Below, in pieces: positions 56,100-64,000 of a DNA stretch of 64,000 nucleotides; position 1 is the first letter of the stretch, and every line of letters starts with the position of its first letter. Source of the DNA: a candidate division BRC1 bacterium HGW-BRC1-1. GTDB lineage: Bacteria > Sumerlaeota > Sumerlaeia > Sumerlaeales > Sumerlaeaceae. Made by a program: the position numbers and the translations under genes. The notes below the pieces were generated by a model. It searched no databases. It was not told where the DNA came from and saw only the letters and a list, made by a program, of their open reading frames with translations. The DNA is taken from contig PHCB01000008.1 of NCBI GenBank assembly GCA_002842095.1, positions 100,879 through 164,878 on the forward strand. The letters are read 5' to 3'.

Positions 56100-57335
56100 T
56101 TAGCTCCCTGACGACGGCAGGTCTTTCAGTTTTGGCGTGCGTAGCATCAGCGCCAGACCTGCGCCTACCAGGAGCATGATGCCGCAGACGATGTAGGCCG
56201 TGTTGTAGGAACCCGTCTTGTCGGCGATCTTTCCCGCCATGATGGGACCGACCGTGCCGGCTACGCCAAAAGCGGTGAAGACGAAACCGTAGTTCACGCC
56301 GAGGTTTTTCATGCCGTAGAAATCGGCGGTGGTGGCCGGGAAGAGCGGGAAGATGGTGCCGTAGCATACGCCCGTGAAAGCTGCGCCGAACAGTAGCAGG
56401 CTGGGTGTGGTGTAATAGCGGAACAAGAACATGTTCACGGCTTGCAGCACGAAGAAGAGCACCATGGTGCGCGAGCGACCTAATTTGTCGGAGAAGAATC
56501 CCGCCACCAAACGGCCTGAAGAGTTGAACAACGCAAGCATAGCGACCGCCATGAAGCCCCATTTCATGGCGGCTTGTTTATCTGCGATGGTGGCCAGGTG
56601 GGCGATGACCATCAATCCGGCGGATGCGGTAAGCGCCATGGTAAGCCAAAGCAGCCAGAACTGGGGGCTGCCGATCATTTCAGACCAGTCCACATCGCGT
56701 CGCGCAGAAATGGCGGGCGCGCCTGATGCGGTTGCTTGCGGGGTTTTCAGCGCGAAACCCGGCGGTGGGTTCTTTAGCAAAAGTGAAAGACACAGCACGA
56801 TAACCAGTGTGCCAACACCGAGGACAAAGAACGTTTTGCTGATGCCCCCAATTTTCAGAAGCCAGGCGGTGAGGGGGGAGATGTATACGGGGGCCAGTCC
56901 AACGCCGGAAACTACGAGTCCAGCGATGAGCCCCTTCTTGGTGGGCGGAAACCATTTGAGCGCCGGAGGAGTGGTGGCAGAGTAACCCAGGCCGATGCCC
57001 ATGCCACCAATGATGCCGAAGGTAACGAGAAGCATCATGGGGGTCAGGGCGAGACCCGAGAGGGCGAGGCCGAGACCAAGCATGATGCCGCCGAGAATAA
57101 TGGTTATGCGCGGGCCGGCTTTGTCCTGCAGGCGCCCTGCAAAAATCATGGTGATGGCAAAGGCCACACTGGAGACTGTGAAAGGTAGAGCCGCGTCGGT
57201 TCTGCTCCATTCGAGATCCTTAACCAGCGCCTTGCCGATGACGCTCCATGCATAGAGCACGCCGAATACCAGGTTCAGACTGAAGGCTGCTGCAACAACG
57301 GTCCATCCACTGCGATTACGAATATTATCCGACAT
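56100..57335 (-). CDS. MFS transporter, oxalate:formate antiporter (OFA)/lactate family
   Basis: GVLYAWS, AGRLQDKAGPR, GLGYSA..KWFP..KGL, DFYGMKNLGVNYG; ATG 57335 with GGAG RBS. Confidence 0.9.
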   Translation of the reverse strand: MSDNIRNRSGWTVVAAAFSLNLVFGVLYAWSVIGKALVKDLEWSRTDAALPFTVSSVAFAITMIFAGRLQDKAGPRITIILGGIMLGLGLALSGLALTPMMLLVTFGIIGGMGIGLGYSATTPPALKWFPPTKKGLIAGLVVSGVGLAPVYISPLTAWLLKIGGISKTFFVLGVGTLVIVLCLSLLLKNPPPGFALKTPQATASGAPAISARRDVDWSEMIGSPQFWLLWLTMALTASAGLMVIAHLATIADKQAAMKWGFMAVAMLALFNSSGRLVAGFFSDKLGRSRTMVLFFVLQAVNMFLFRYYTTPSLLLFGAAFTGVCYGTIFPLFPATTADFYGMKNLGVNYGFVFTAFGVAGTVGPIMAGKIADKTGSYNTAYIVCGIMLLVGAGLALMLRTPKLKDLPSSGS

Positions 57336-57473
57336 GCTTGAATCTCCAATGTTGTAAGTTCGATTCGGTCCGACGACATGGCTCATGGCTAAAATCGAAA
57401 CTTTCGAGAAAAATCGCCTACCTGGCCCCGAACGATTTTTTCAGCAACATCCCCCAAAAAAAAGTTAGCAGGA

Positions 57474-58661
57474 TTGATCATCGAATTGAAACGCGCCCCT
57501 CTTGCCCTGCTCGTCATTGCCTACGCGGCGTTCGTCAGTCTCGGACTGCCCGATGCTGTGAACGGAGTCGCGTGGCCGTCGATACGCGAGCACTTCGGTC
57601 TGCCCCAGGCCGGACTCGGTTTGCTGGTGGCCGTGGCGGCGCTGTTTTATATGGCGTCGAGTTTCATCACGCCGCGCCTCATGGGGCACTTCGGCGTCGG
57701 GGGATTGCTCGCTGCAAGCACAGGCATGGTGGTGGCGGGGTTGTGCGGCTATGGTTTCTTCGACTCATGGATTTCGTTTTTGTTTTGCGCGGCATGCATC
57801 GGTTTGGGGTCGGGAGCCATCGACACGGCTCTGAACCATTACGCCGCCATGCATTTTTCGATGCGTCACATGAGCTGGTTGCATGGCTTTTACATGGTGG
57901 GAGCTGCCAGCGGACCGGCCATCATGACCACCGTCATGGTGCGCGGTGCCACCTTTCGCAGCGGTTACCTCATCATCGCATTTCTGCTGAGCGCGTTGAT
58001 GATGACCTTCTTCGTAACCCGTCGCTCGTGGAACGATAAATCTTCCACCGAGGAAGAGGTCGCCGCCTCACCCAACAATGCGGGAACCTGGGAGGCGCTG
58101 CATTCGCCCGTGGTTTTGTGGCAGGCATTGGTCTTCCTTTTTGCCTGCGCATTGGAGGCGACCGCCGGGCAATGGATTTTCACCGTTATGAAGGAACACC
58201 ATCACCTCTCCACAGCGGCTGCGGGACAATGGACAACGGCCCACTGGGCCATGGCCGCGTTTGGGCGGTTTTTCCTTGGTGCGTGGGCCGAGCGCATGGG
58301 CGCTGTTCGGGTGCTGCGGGTCTGCTTGCTGGGAGTTCTCGCGGGGACTCTCATCTTCGCTTTTGCGCCCTTACCTTATGCACCTTATGGAGTGCTGTTG
58401 ATCGGATTGGGACTTTCGGTCCTCTACCCGTTGCTGATGTCGCACACACCGGAACGGGTGGGGGAGCGGTTAGCTCCGGCCGCGGTGGGCATTCAGGTGG
58501 CGTTTGCGGTACTGGGAGCTGCGCTGTTTCCGGCGGTCGCGGGTTTGCTGGCGGGGCACTTTGGCTTGGGGATGGTCGGGCTGGTCATTGTCGGGCTGGC
58601 GCTGGTATCCATCTTCACTCACGAGCAACTGCTTAAGCTGTTAGAGCGCCGGTCCGTCTAG
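57474..58661 (+). CDS. MFS transporter (FucP-like sugar permease type)
   Basis: SLGLPDA..GVAWPS, GSGAIDTALNHY, WLHGFY.VGA; about 12 TM helices; TTG start. Confidence 0.85.
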   Translation: MIIELKRAPLALLVIAYAAFVSLGLPDAVNGVAWPSIREHFGLPQAGLGLLVAVAALFYMASSFITPRLMGHFGVGGLLAASTGMVVAGLCGYGFFDSWISFLFCAACIGLGSGAIDTALNHYAAMHFSMRHMSWLHGFYMVGAASGPAIMTTVMVRGATFRSGYLIIAFLLSALMMTFFVTRRSWNDKSSTEEEVAASPNNAGTWEALHSPVVLWQALVFLFACALEATAGQWIFTVMKEHHHLSTAAAGQWTTAHWAMAAFGRFFLGAWAERMGAVRVLRVCLLGVLAGTLIFAFAPLPYAPYGVLLIGLGLSVLYPLLMSHTPERVGERLAPAAVGIQVAFAVLGAALFPAVAGLLAGHFGLGMVGLVIVGLALVSIFTHEQLLKLLERRSV

Positions 58662-59998
58662 GAGCGCTCAAGCAGTCGCAGCACGGCTATCGTGCGGATG
58701 AGAAGCGCCTTAACCGTCGGATTCATATCAGCCTCCTCATTCAAGGCCCGCTTCAATTCCTCCACGGTTTCGTCGAACCATGGCAGCGACGGGAGCAGCG
58801 ACCAGGGGTTCCACCGCGGAGGACCCTCGGGAGATTTCTCACCGCGTACCTTTGTTCTCGGTCTGCCACTTGTGCGCAAGTCGGTGGCCACCTGAGAAAT
58901 TTTGGTTCGGTGAGACTGGGGCAAATCATCGTTGGCAGTCAGGGCATCCATCAAAAACAACGCGAGGGGAAGAAGTTGGGTTTCCACCGGCAGGGGGACA
59001 GGATCCCTATCCGCGCCTGCAAATTCGGGAATCTCCATTTTGTCTAACTGCTCTGCGGTTGGAGTCCAGATGGTTCCCCAACACCAATCTTCCAGCGCCG
59101 GCTTTCTCTGTTCGTTGGGTGCTTGGTCCGTGTTTTCGAAAAGAATTTGCGGTGGAAGATCGCTTAGCTTTTGCGTGTCGAATTCGGCCTCGGAGTACGC
59201 CCGGAGATCGAGAAGACCTTCAACAACCGGGTCTTCCTCCATATCGATGTGGAGGGGCAGGTGCCCGCAAATGATGACACTTCGCCGGACTTGCTGAATG
59301 TGGAGGCGGATTGTGTACAGCATGCGCGAGGTAACATCCGCATAATCGGATGCGGGAATGGGCGGCAGTTGGTTTTCGCCAGCCTCCTCACCAACAGGTA
59401 AATCGATGGTGGTCGGGGTCGGGTTGGTCTCACATTTTGTACAATCGCATTTGAGGTCGTGTGGCAGCGCAATGTGGTCAAAGAAAAATCCCTCAATGGG
59501 ATAAGCCGCGGCCAATTCCGCGGCAAGGTTGCCGAGCATGTGCCATACTTCCTCTTTTGCCGGACACAGATAATTGGGATGATCGTCGCTTGAGTCGGGA
59601 AGCGTGAGCGGCACCCGCCGCTCATTTCGGGCTATCAGCTTTTTGTTGTCCACAAGAGGGGAACGTGGATAACGCCCGGTAACACCCAGATAAAGCAGGT
59701 CCATGCCTGCGTAGATGAACAGATCGTTGGATTCGGCTGCCTCGCAAAGGCAGCTCATGAGATCGTCGGGCCTGGAGATGCGGCCCAGCACACGCATGGC
59801 CTGGGGCGATCTGCGGGCGAGCGAGAGACCACCGAAGAACGCATCGATGATTACGGCGTTGAATCCGGCGTCGGAGATGGCTTCCATCACATCTTCGCAC
59901 CATGCTCTGTCGGCGGCCGGAGGCACACGAAGCCGCAAGGCGCGTGTCTGAGCAGGCAGAATTAACGGGGCTGTGGAAGCCGAAAGGGTCTCGTTCAT
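58658..59998 (-). CDS. GHL10/DUF187-like glycoside-hydrolase-fold protein, divergent
   Basis: AGFNAVII, YLCPAKEEV, YPIEGFFFDHI.LP...CDCTKC match the N-terminal half of GHL10-like barrels; C-terminal half unrecognisable. Confidence 0.55.
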   Translation of the reverse strand: MNETLSASTAPLILPAQTRALRLRVPPAADRAWCEDVMEAISDAGFNAVIIDAFFGGLSLARRSPQAMRVLGRISRPDDLMSCLCEAAESNDLFIYAGMDLLYLGVTGRYPRSPLVDNKKLIARNERRVPLTLPDSSDDHPNYLCPAKEEVWHMLGNLAAELAAAYPIEGFFFDHIALPHDLKCDCTKCETNPTPTTIDLPVGEEAGENQLPPIPASDYADVTSRMLYTIRLHIQQVRRSVIICGHLPLHIDMEEDPVVEGLLDLRAYSEAEFDTQKLSDLPPQILFENTDQAPNEQRKPALEDWCWGTIWTPTAEQLDKMEIPEFAGADRDPVPLPVETQLLPLALFLMDALTANDDLPQSHRTKISQVATDLRTSGRPRTKVRGEKSPEGPPRWNPWSLLPSLPWFDETVEELKRALNEEADMNPTVKALLIRTIAVLRLLERS

Positions 59999-60123
59999 GC
60001 AATCAATGAAGGATATTGTGACGGCTGACTCAAGGGCGAAGGCACGGCTTACGATTTATGAATCGATGCGGGGCGTTTTCGGGCTTTACAAATCGGGCTG
60101 AGACTTCCTCCAATGCGAACACT

Positions 60124-60933
60124 ATGTTCGGCCGCGTCCTGCGTTTATACCTCACCGAGATGGCCAAGACCTGGCGGACAAAATTCCCATGGCTTGGCCT
60201 CGCTGCCAGTGCGTTGATGGCACTTGTGGCGCGCCAGAGCGTAATGGAGGGCGGTTCGCCCGGCCAGATGACGGCCGCCGTGTATTTCACGACCTCGATG
60301 AACGTGGCGGCCACCGTTATTGTGCCAGTCTTCTCGGTCATCTTTGGCGCCATGCTTGTGGCGGGGGAGAGCACGCGGGGAACGGTGCGTACGCTTCTTG
60401 TGCGGCCCATCACCCGGTGGGATTTTCTCACGTCGAAGCTGCTGATGGGAGCCACCTATACCATCCTGCTCTTGGCCGTGAACGCCCTGGCAGCTTTGCC
60501 GATTGCCTCGGGCTACCCCCTCAAAACCGCCTTCGATGAAAGCGTGCAGATTCCCGGCGCCATGGAACAGGTGAGGCTGTTCCTTGCGGCCATGAGTCTC
60601 AGTCTGCTTCCCCAACTGGCAACCATGTGCTTCGGCTTCTGCATTTCTGTTCTCTCGGCCAACGTCGCCACGTCGGTGGGTGTTGCCGCCGGCATGTGGC
60701 TCACGCTGCAGCCGGTAAAGGAGTTCATTCGGTTCGGACGTTTCGAACTGGCTGACTGGCTGTTCTTAAATTACTACGATGCCGCCATGAAAGTGGCCAA
60801 CGACAAAGCCGGCGGCATGTACGAAATGTTTAATCAGCACAGCATTCACATGCTCACCGGCACCAGTGTTGTGGCAATTCTGGGGTTCATTGCCTTGAGC
60901 TACTTCGTCTTCATCCGGCGCGATTTGAACTAA
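60124..60933 (+). CDS. ABC-2 type transporter permease
   Basis: AGESTRGTVRTLLVRPITRWDFLTSK, six TM helices, C-terminal FIRRDL. Confidence 0.88.
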   Translation: MFGRVLRLYLTEMAKTWRTKFPWLGLAASALMALVARQSVMEGGSPGQMTAAVYFTTSMNVAATVIVPVFSVIFGAMLVAGESTRGTVRTLLVRPITRWDFLTSKLLMGATYTILLLAVNALAALPIASGYPLKTAFDESVQIPGAMEQVRLFLAAMSLSLLPQLATMCFGFCISVLSANVATSVGVAAGMWLTLQPVKEFIRFGRFELADWLFLNYYDAAMKVANDKAGGMYEMFNQHSIHMLTGTSVVAILGFIALSYFVFIRRDLN

Positions 60934-60939
60934 GACGCG

Positions 60940-62145
60940 TCAGTAGGGATGGAACGTCTCCATGAAGGCATTAGCAGCCGTTGAATTGGCATCGAACTCG
61001 TAGACCGGTCCTTCAACCAGAGCGACCTTGAAGACGCCACCCGACGCAAATATCTGGATACGTCCGCGTCCGGCACGGGTTTCATCCATGGTGAATTCTC
61101 CCGGACCCGGTTGCGTGAATTTGTACTCGTATTCTCGCCCCACAAATTCGCGGTCGGCCAATTCATAGCGTCCAGTTACAACAATATCGGTGAGTCCGCG
61201 GTTGCCCATGCGCTCACGGAAATTCTCGAAGTAACCTTCGGCTGCTCCCGCAGGGGTTTCTCTGGATGAGCTTCTGCGCACCGCATAGGCGCGCATGTCT
61301 GTCGTCATCTCTTGGGAGGGAACAATTGCCTTCGCTCCATCGCCACTGCTGACCTCTTCATAATCCCATCCCTCGGGGAATACGATGCGGAATTTATAAC
61401 GGTCATTGGCATAAGGAGCCCCTCTTACCACGGGGGTCGTTATATTGTCCGTTGATGCGGATTGAGACGTAGTGAGATCTGCTGTTGCTGTGGTTATTGT
61501 TTCCGGGCTTTCAGGGATCGTCATGGGGAACAGTGTCTGGGTGCTGACGTTGTCCGACGGTTGGATCGTCCCCGCAGGGGGCATGAGGTTGGTCGCCGGC
61601 GGAGGAGTGCTGGCGACTGCCGGAGGATTCACGCTTCCAGTCGGGGTAGTCCCGGTTGCTCCGTTCAGGGTTGCAGGCTCCAAATCAGCCAGTTCTTTGG
61701 TTTGCCCTCCGACCAGCGAAAGAATACGCTGGTTTTTTCCCGACAGGAAATCGGTTTGGGTCAGATACACCGGCACCTTTATGCCTCGTTGAAATAAAAC
61801 CTCTTCAATGGCTGCGCGGGATGCCTGATTCGTTGTGCTGGCCAGAGCGAATCGTGAAACATTCGCGGGGGCTGAGGCAGCCCAAGTGTTGAACTTGGAA
61901 AGGGAATCGAGGGCAGGACCTTCGGGTGAGAAAACGAAGACGATGGCCGGTTGCTGTTCGGGTAAACGGACATCATCGCCCACCAGCGGACGAAGGTCGG
62001 CCCCTTCAAAATAACCGGAACGCATCACTTCACTGTAGGCCGGTTGACTTGCTCCGAGGGACAGTAAAATCACTGTGGGAGCCAGGGCCATTCTTAATAT
62101 CTCACTTGCGCGCCTCAACATACTTTTCAAAGTCCTTTCCGTCAC
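60940..62145 (-). CDS. Exported protein: redoxin-like N-domain, Pro/Thr linker, PsbP-like C-domain (tentative)
   Basis: Signal-like hydrophobic stretch, PAIVFVFSP without CxxC, long P/T-rich linker, YANDRYKFRIVFPEGW and FMETFHP typical of PsbP-like folds; GTG overlaps glgC stop. Confidence 0.55.
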   Translation of the reverse strand: MTERTLKSMLRRASEILRMALAPTVILLSLGASQPAYSEVMRSGYFEGADLRPLVGDDVRLPEQQPAIVFVFSPEGPALDSLSKFNTWAASAPANVSRFALASTTNQASRAAIEEVLFQRGIKVPVYLTQTDFLSGKNQRILSLVGGQTKELADLEPATLNGATGTTPTGSVNPPAVASTPPPATNLMPPAGTIQPSDNVSTQTLFPMTIPESPETITTATADLTTSQSASTDNITTPVVRGAPYANDRYKFRIVFPEGWDYEEVSSGDGAKAIVPSQEMTTDMRAYAVRRSSSRETPAGAAEGYFENFRERMGNRGLTDIVVTGRYELADREFVGREYEYKFTQPGPGEFTMDETRAGRGRIQIFASGGVFKVALVEGPVYEFDANSTAANAFMETFHPY

Positions 62146-63443
62146 GCTTCGTTGTGTCGAAATTCTGGTTTCAGGTTGATTGTCTGACCACCGGCAATTT
62201 CGCTACCGGGCAAATCGGTTGGTCCCACGTCGGGGAAAATGAGCACGTTGCGCCCCACCTTGGTGCCGGGGGGTAGCTTGACACCCTTGCCCATAACCGT
62301 TATCCCTGTGTCGAGGATGGTGGGGTGCTCGTGGTTCACTACGATCGGGCCAATGCCGATTTGCGAGCCACGATCTATGAGGCATGCCTTGTCGATGATT
62401 GTATTTTCGATGGTCACATTTTCTGCGATAAACGTGTTGTTCATAATGATGGAGTTGCGAATTTCAGCGCCCTTGCCTACACGCACACCCGGGAAAAGAA
62501 TGCTGTTTTCCACGTGCCCGTGAACCACGCAACCGCGCGGGACGTGACTATTGCTCACCGAGGCCGCGGGTCCCATCATGGCGGGCACCTCGTTGCGGGC
62601 GTTGGGCTCAAAATAGTTAGTCCGCAATTGCCACGCTGCGAGATCAAGGCCCGAGGCCGGGTCCAGCGTCTCCATATTGGTGTCCATCAGCGAACTGATG
62701 GTTCCCACATCGCGCCAATAGCCGTCGAACTCGTAACCGTAGACCTTGTCCTGAGCGATCATGGCGGGGATTATATTTTTTCCGAAATCGTGATTGCTGC
62801 CGGGGTCGGCGGCGTCCTCTGCCAACCGACGCAATAAAACTTCTGCATCGAAGACGTATACGCCTAGAGAGCCGAGGTTCGAAATGGGGTCCTGCTTGGG
62901 TTTTTCCTGAAAGCGTTTCACCCGGCTGTCTTCGTCGAGTTGCACCACACCAAATCGCGAGGTTTCCTCCCAGGGTACCTGTTGCACAGCCAGTGTGACA
63001 TCGGCTTTTCTCGCCCGATGGAGGTCGATCATTTTCTGATAATTCATCTTATAGATATGATCACCGGAGAGCACCACGACCAGATCGGGTTGAAACCGGT
63101 TTATGAACTGACGGTTCTGCCAGACTGCATCGGCGGTGCCTGCATACCAATCGCTGTCAATCTCGCCGGTGTAAGGGGGGAGAATGCGGCACATGCGACT
63201 GCGCCCGGTGAAGCCCCACCATTCGCCACTTCCTATGTGGTCCATCAGCGACGCCGGCTTGTATTGGGTACAAATGCCGATATAGGGAATGCCCGCGTGC
63301 ATGGCATTGCTCAGCGTAAAGTCGATGATGCGGTAAGCACCACCGAAAGGAACGGCAGGTTTGGCGCGGCGCTGGGATAGAATTGACAGGCGGGAGCCTT
63401 GGCCGCCCGCCAATAACATGGCGACTGTGGTCATTGGAGGCAC
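62142..63443 (-). CDS. glgC: Glucose-1-phosphate adenylyltransferase
   Basis: LAGGQGSRL, RAKPAVPFGG.YRIIDF.LSN, WYAGTADAV, LSGDHIYKM, FQEKP, DFGKNIIP, YWRDVGT. Confidence 0.96.
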   Translation of the reverse strand: MPPMTTVAMLLAGGQGSRLSILSQRRAKPAVPFGGAYRIIDFTLSNAMHAGIPYIGICTQYKPASLMDHIGSGEWWGFTGRSRMCRILPPYTGEIDSDWYAGTADAVWQNRQFINRFQPDLVVVLSGDHIYKMNYQKMIDLHRARKADVTLAVQQVPWEETSRFGVVQLDEDSRVKRFQEKPKQDPISNLGSLGVYVFDAEVLLRRLAEDAADPGSNHDFGKNIIPAMIAQDKVYGYEFDGYWRDVGTISSLMDTNMETLDPASGLDLAAWQLRTNYFEPNARNEVPAMMGPAASVSNSHVPRGCVVHGHVENSILFPGVRVGKGAEIRNSIIMNNTFIAENVTIENTIIDKACLIDRGSQIGIGPIVVNHEHPTILDTGITVMGKGVKLPPGTKVGRNVLIFPDVGPTDLPGSEIAGGQTINLKPEFRHNEA

Positions 63444-63551
63444 TTTCTGTGAGCGAATGACATGCTTGTAGTCATAGACTCAACTCATGCCCGATGGGTT
63501 CTTGCCCTGCAACTCAAAACCCAGTAATACTGGCTTATATCCGCCGGAGGA

Positions 63552-64000
63552 TTATTCCAGACCGTATTGGCGGATTTTCCGCTGCAACGTGCTACGCGAG
63601 ATACCCAGTTGGGCAGCGCATTGGGTTTTGTTAAAATCGAGAATTTGCAGGGCCTTGCGGAGATAATTCCGCTCGCTTTCCTCCAGGGGAATCAGCTCGT
63701 CGTGGTCTCCTCCAAAATCTCGCAGTGCGACTCGACGATTTCCACCGCCACCGTTTTGTAAGGCGGGGTTTAATTCCAAGTCATTGCCGGTCTGGAAGCA
63801 AAAACTCTGCAGGCATTCTTCGTCGATCATCGCAGCGCCGGGCGAGGTCAGCATGACCAGGCGCTCAACAACGTTTTTCAATTCGCGAACGTTGCCCGGC
63901 CAGGAATAATCACGGAAAAAATTGAGAATTCCGTCGGTGAACCCGTAAACTTTCTTGTTCAGTTCCAGGCTCTTCTCGCGCAGAAAAATGTAGGCCAGAT
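63552..64000 (-). CDS. Sigma54-dependent transcriptional regulator, 3' part (runs off window end)
   Basis: Manual translation: ...YSWPGNVRELKNVVER...NKTQCAAQLGISRSTLQRKI (canonical sensor II and Fis HTH). Confidence 0.9.
   Translation of the reverse strand, partial: LAYIFLREKSLELNKKVYGFTDGILNFFRDYSWPGNVRELKNVVERLVMLTSPGAAMIDEECLQSFCFQTGNDLELNPALQNGGGGNRRVALRDFGGDHDELIPLEESERNYLRKALQILDFNKTQCAAQLGISRSTLQRKIRQYGLE

Noticed and set aside
1-64000. CRISPR array, cas genes or mobile-element genes accompanying the CARF protein
   Set aside because: No regularly spaced direct repeats in any intergenic region; no Cas, integrase or transposase motifs in any ORF
51500-64000. attR-like duplicate of the tRNA-Glu 3' end
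   Set aside because: No second copy of TCCCGTACCGGGTACCA seen downstream by eye

Overview
Gene-dense bacterial chromosomal segment (moderately GC-rich, about 55 CDSs and one tRNA-Glu(CTC)). No CRISPR array, integrase, transposase or rRNA was found. Mostly housekeeping: coaBC (5' part), purM-purD, tldD-tldE, asd, lysC, holB, murC, nuoJKLMN, trpB2, larBC, glgC. The taxon cannot be read directly; a C-terminal S-x-V-x-x-W-x-x-F tail on a secreted protein and a ferritin-like gene coupled to nuoN tentatively suggest Candidatus Sumerlaeota (BRC1) or another PVC-like lineage. Most notable: (1) a stand-alone CARF-HEPN (TIGR02710-like) effector with its own sigma70 promoter and no cas genes or array in the window; (2) an alternative sigma70-family gene behind a well-spaced sigma54 -24/-12 promoter with an upstream palindrome, suggesting an RpoN-to-alternative-sigma cascade; (3) an NtrC-family regulator with an intact receiver and HTH but a systematically degenerate AAA+ core, coupled to a GAF-GAF kinase and envelope-modifying genes; (4) a solute-binding lipoprotein with a ~190-aa disordered insertion coupled to tldDE; (5) a PdxH paralog lacking the substrate-phosphate residues; (6) an apparent in-frame deletion in NuoN plus a coupled ferritin-like gene; (7) a nested lysC beta-subunit start. 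All family calls come from reading motifs by eye, not from database searches.
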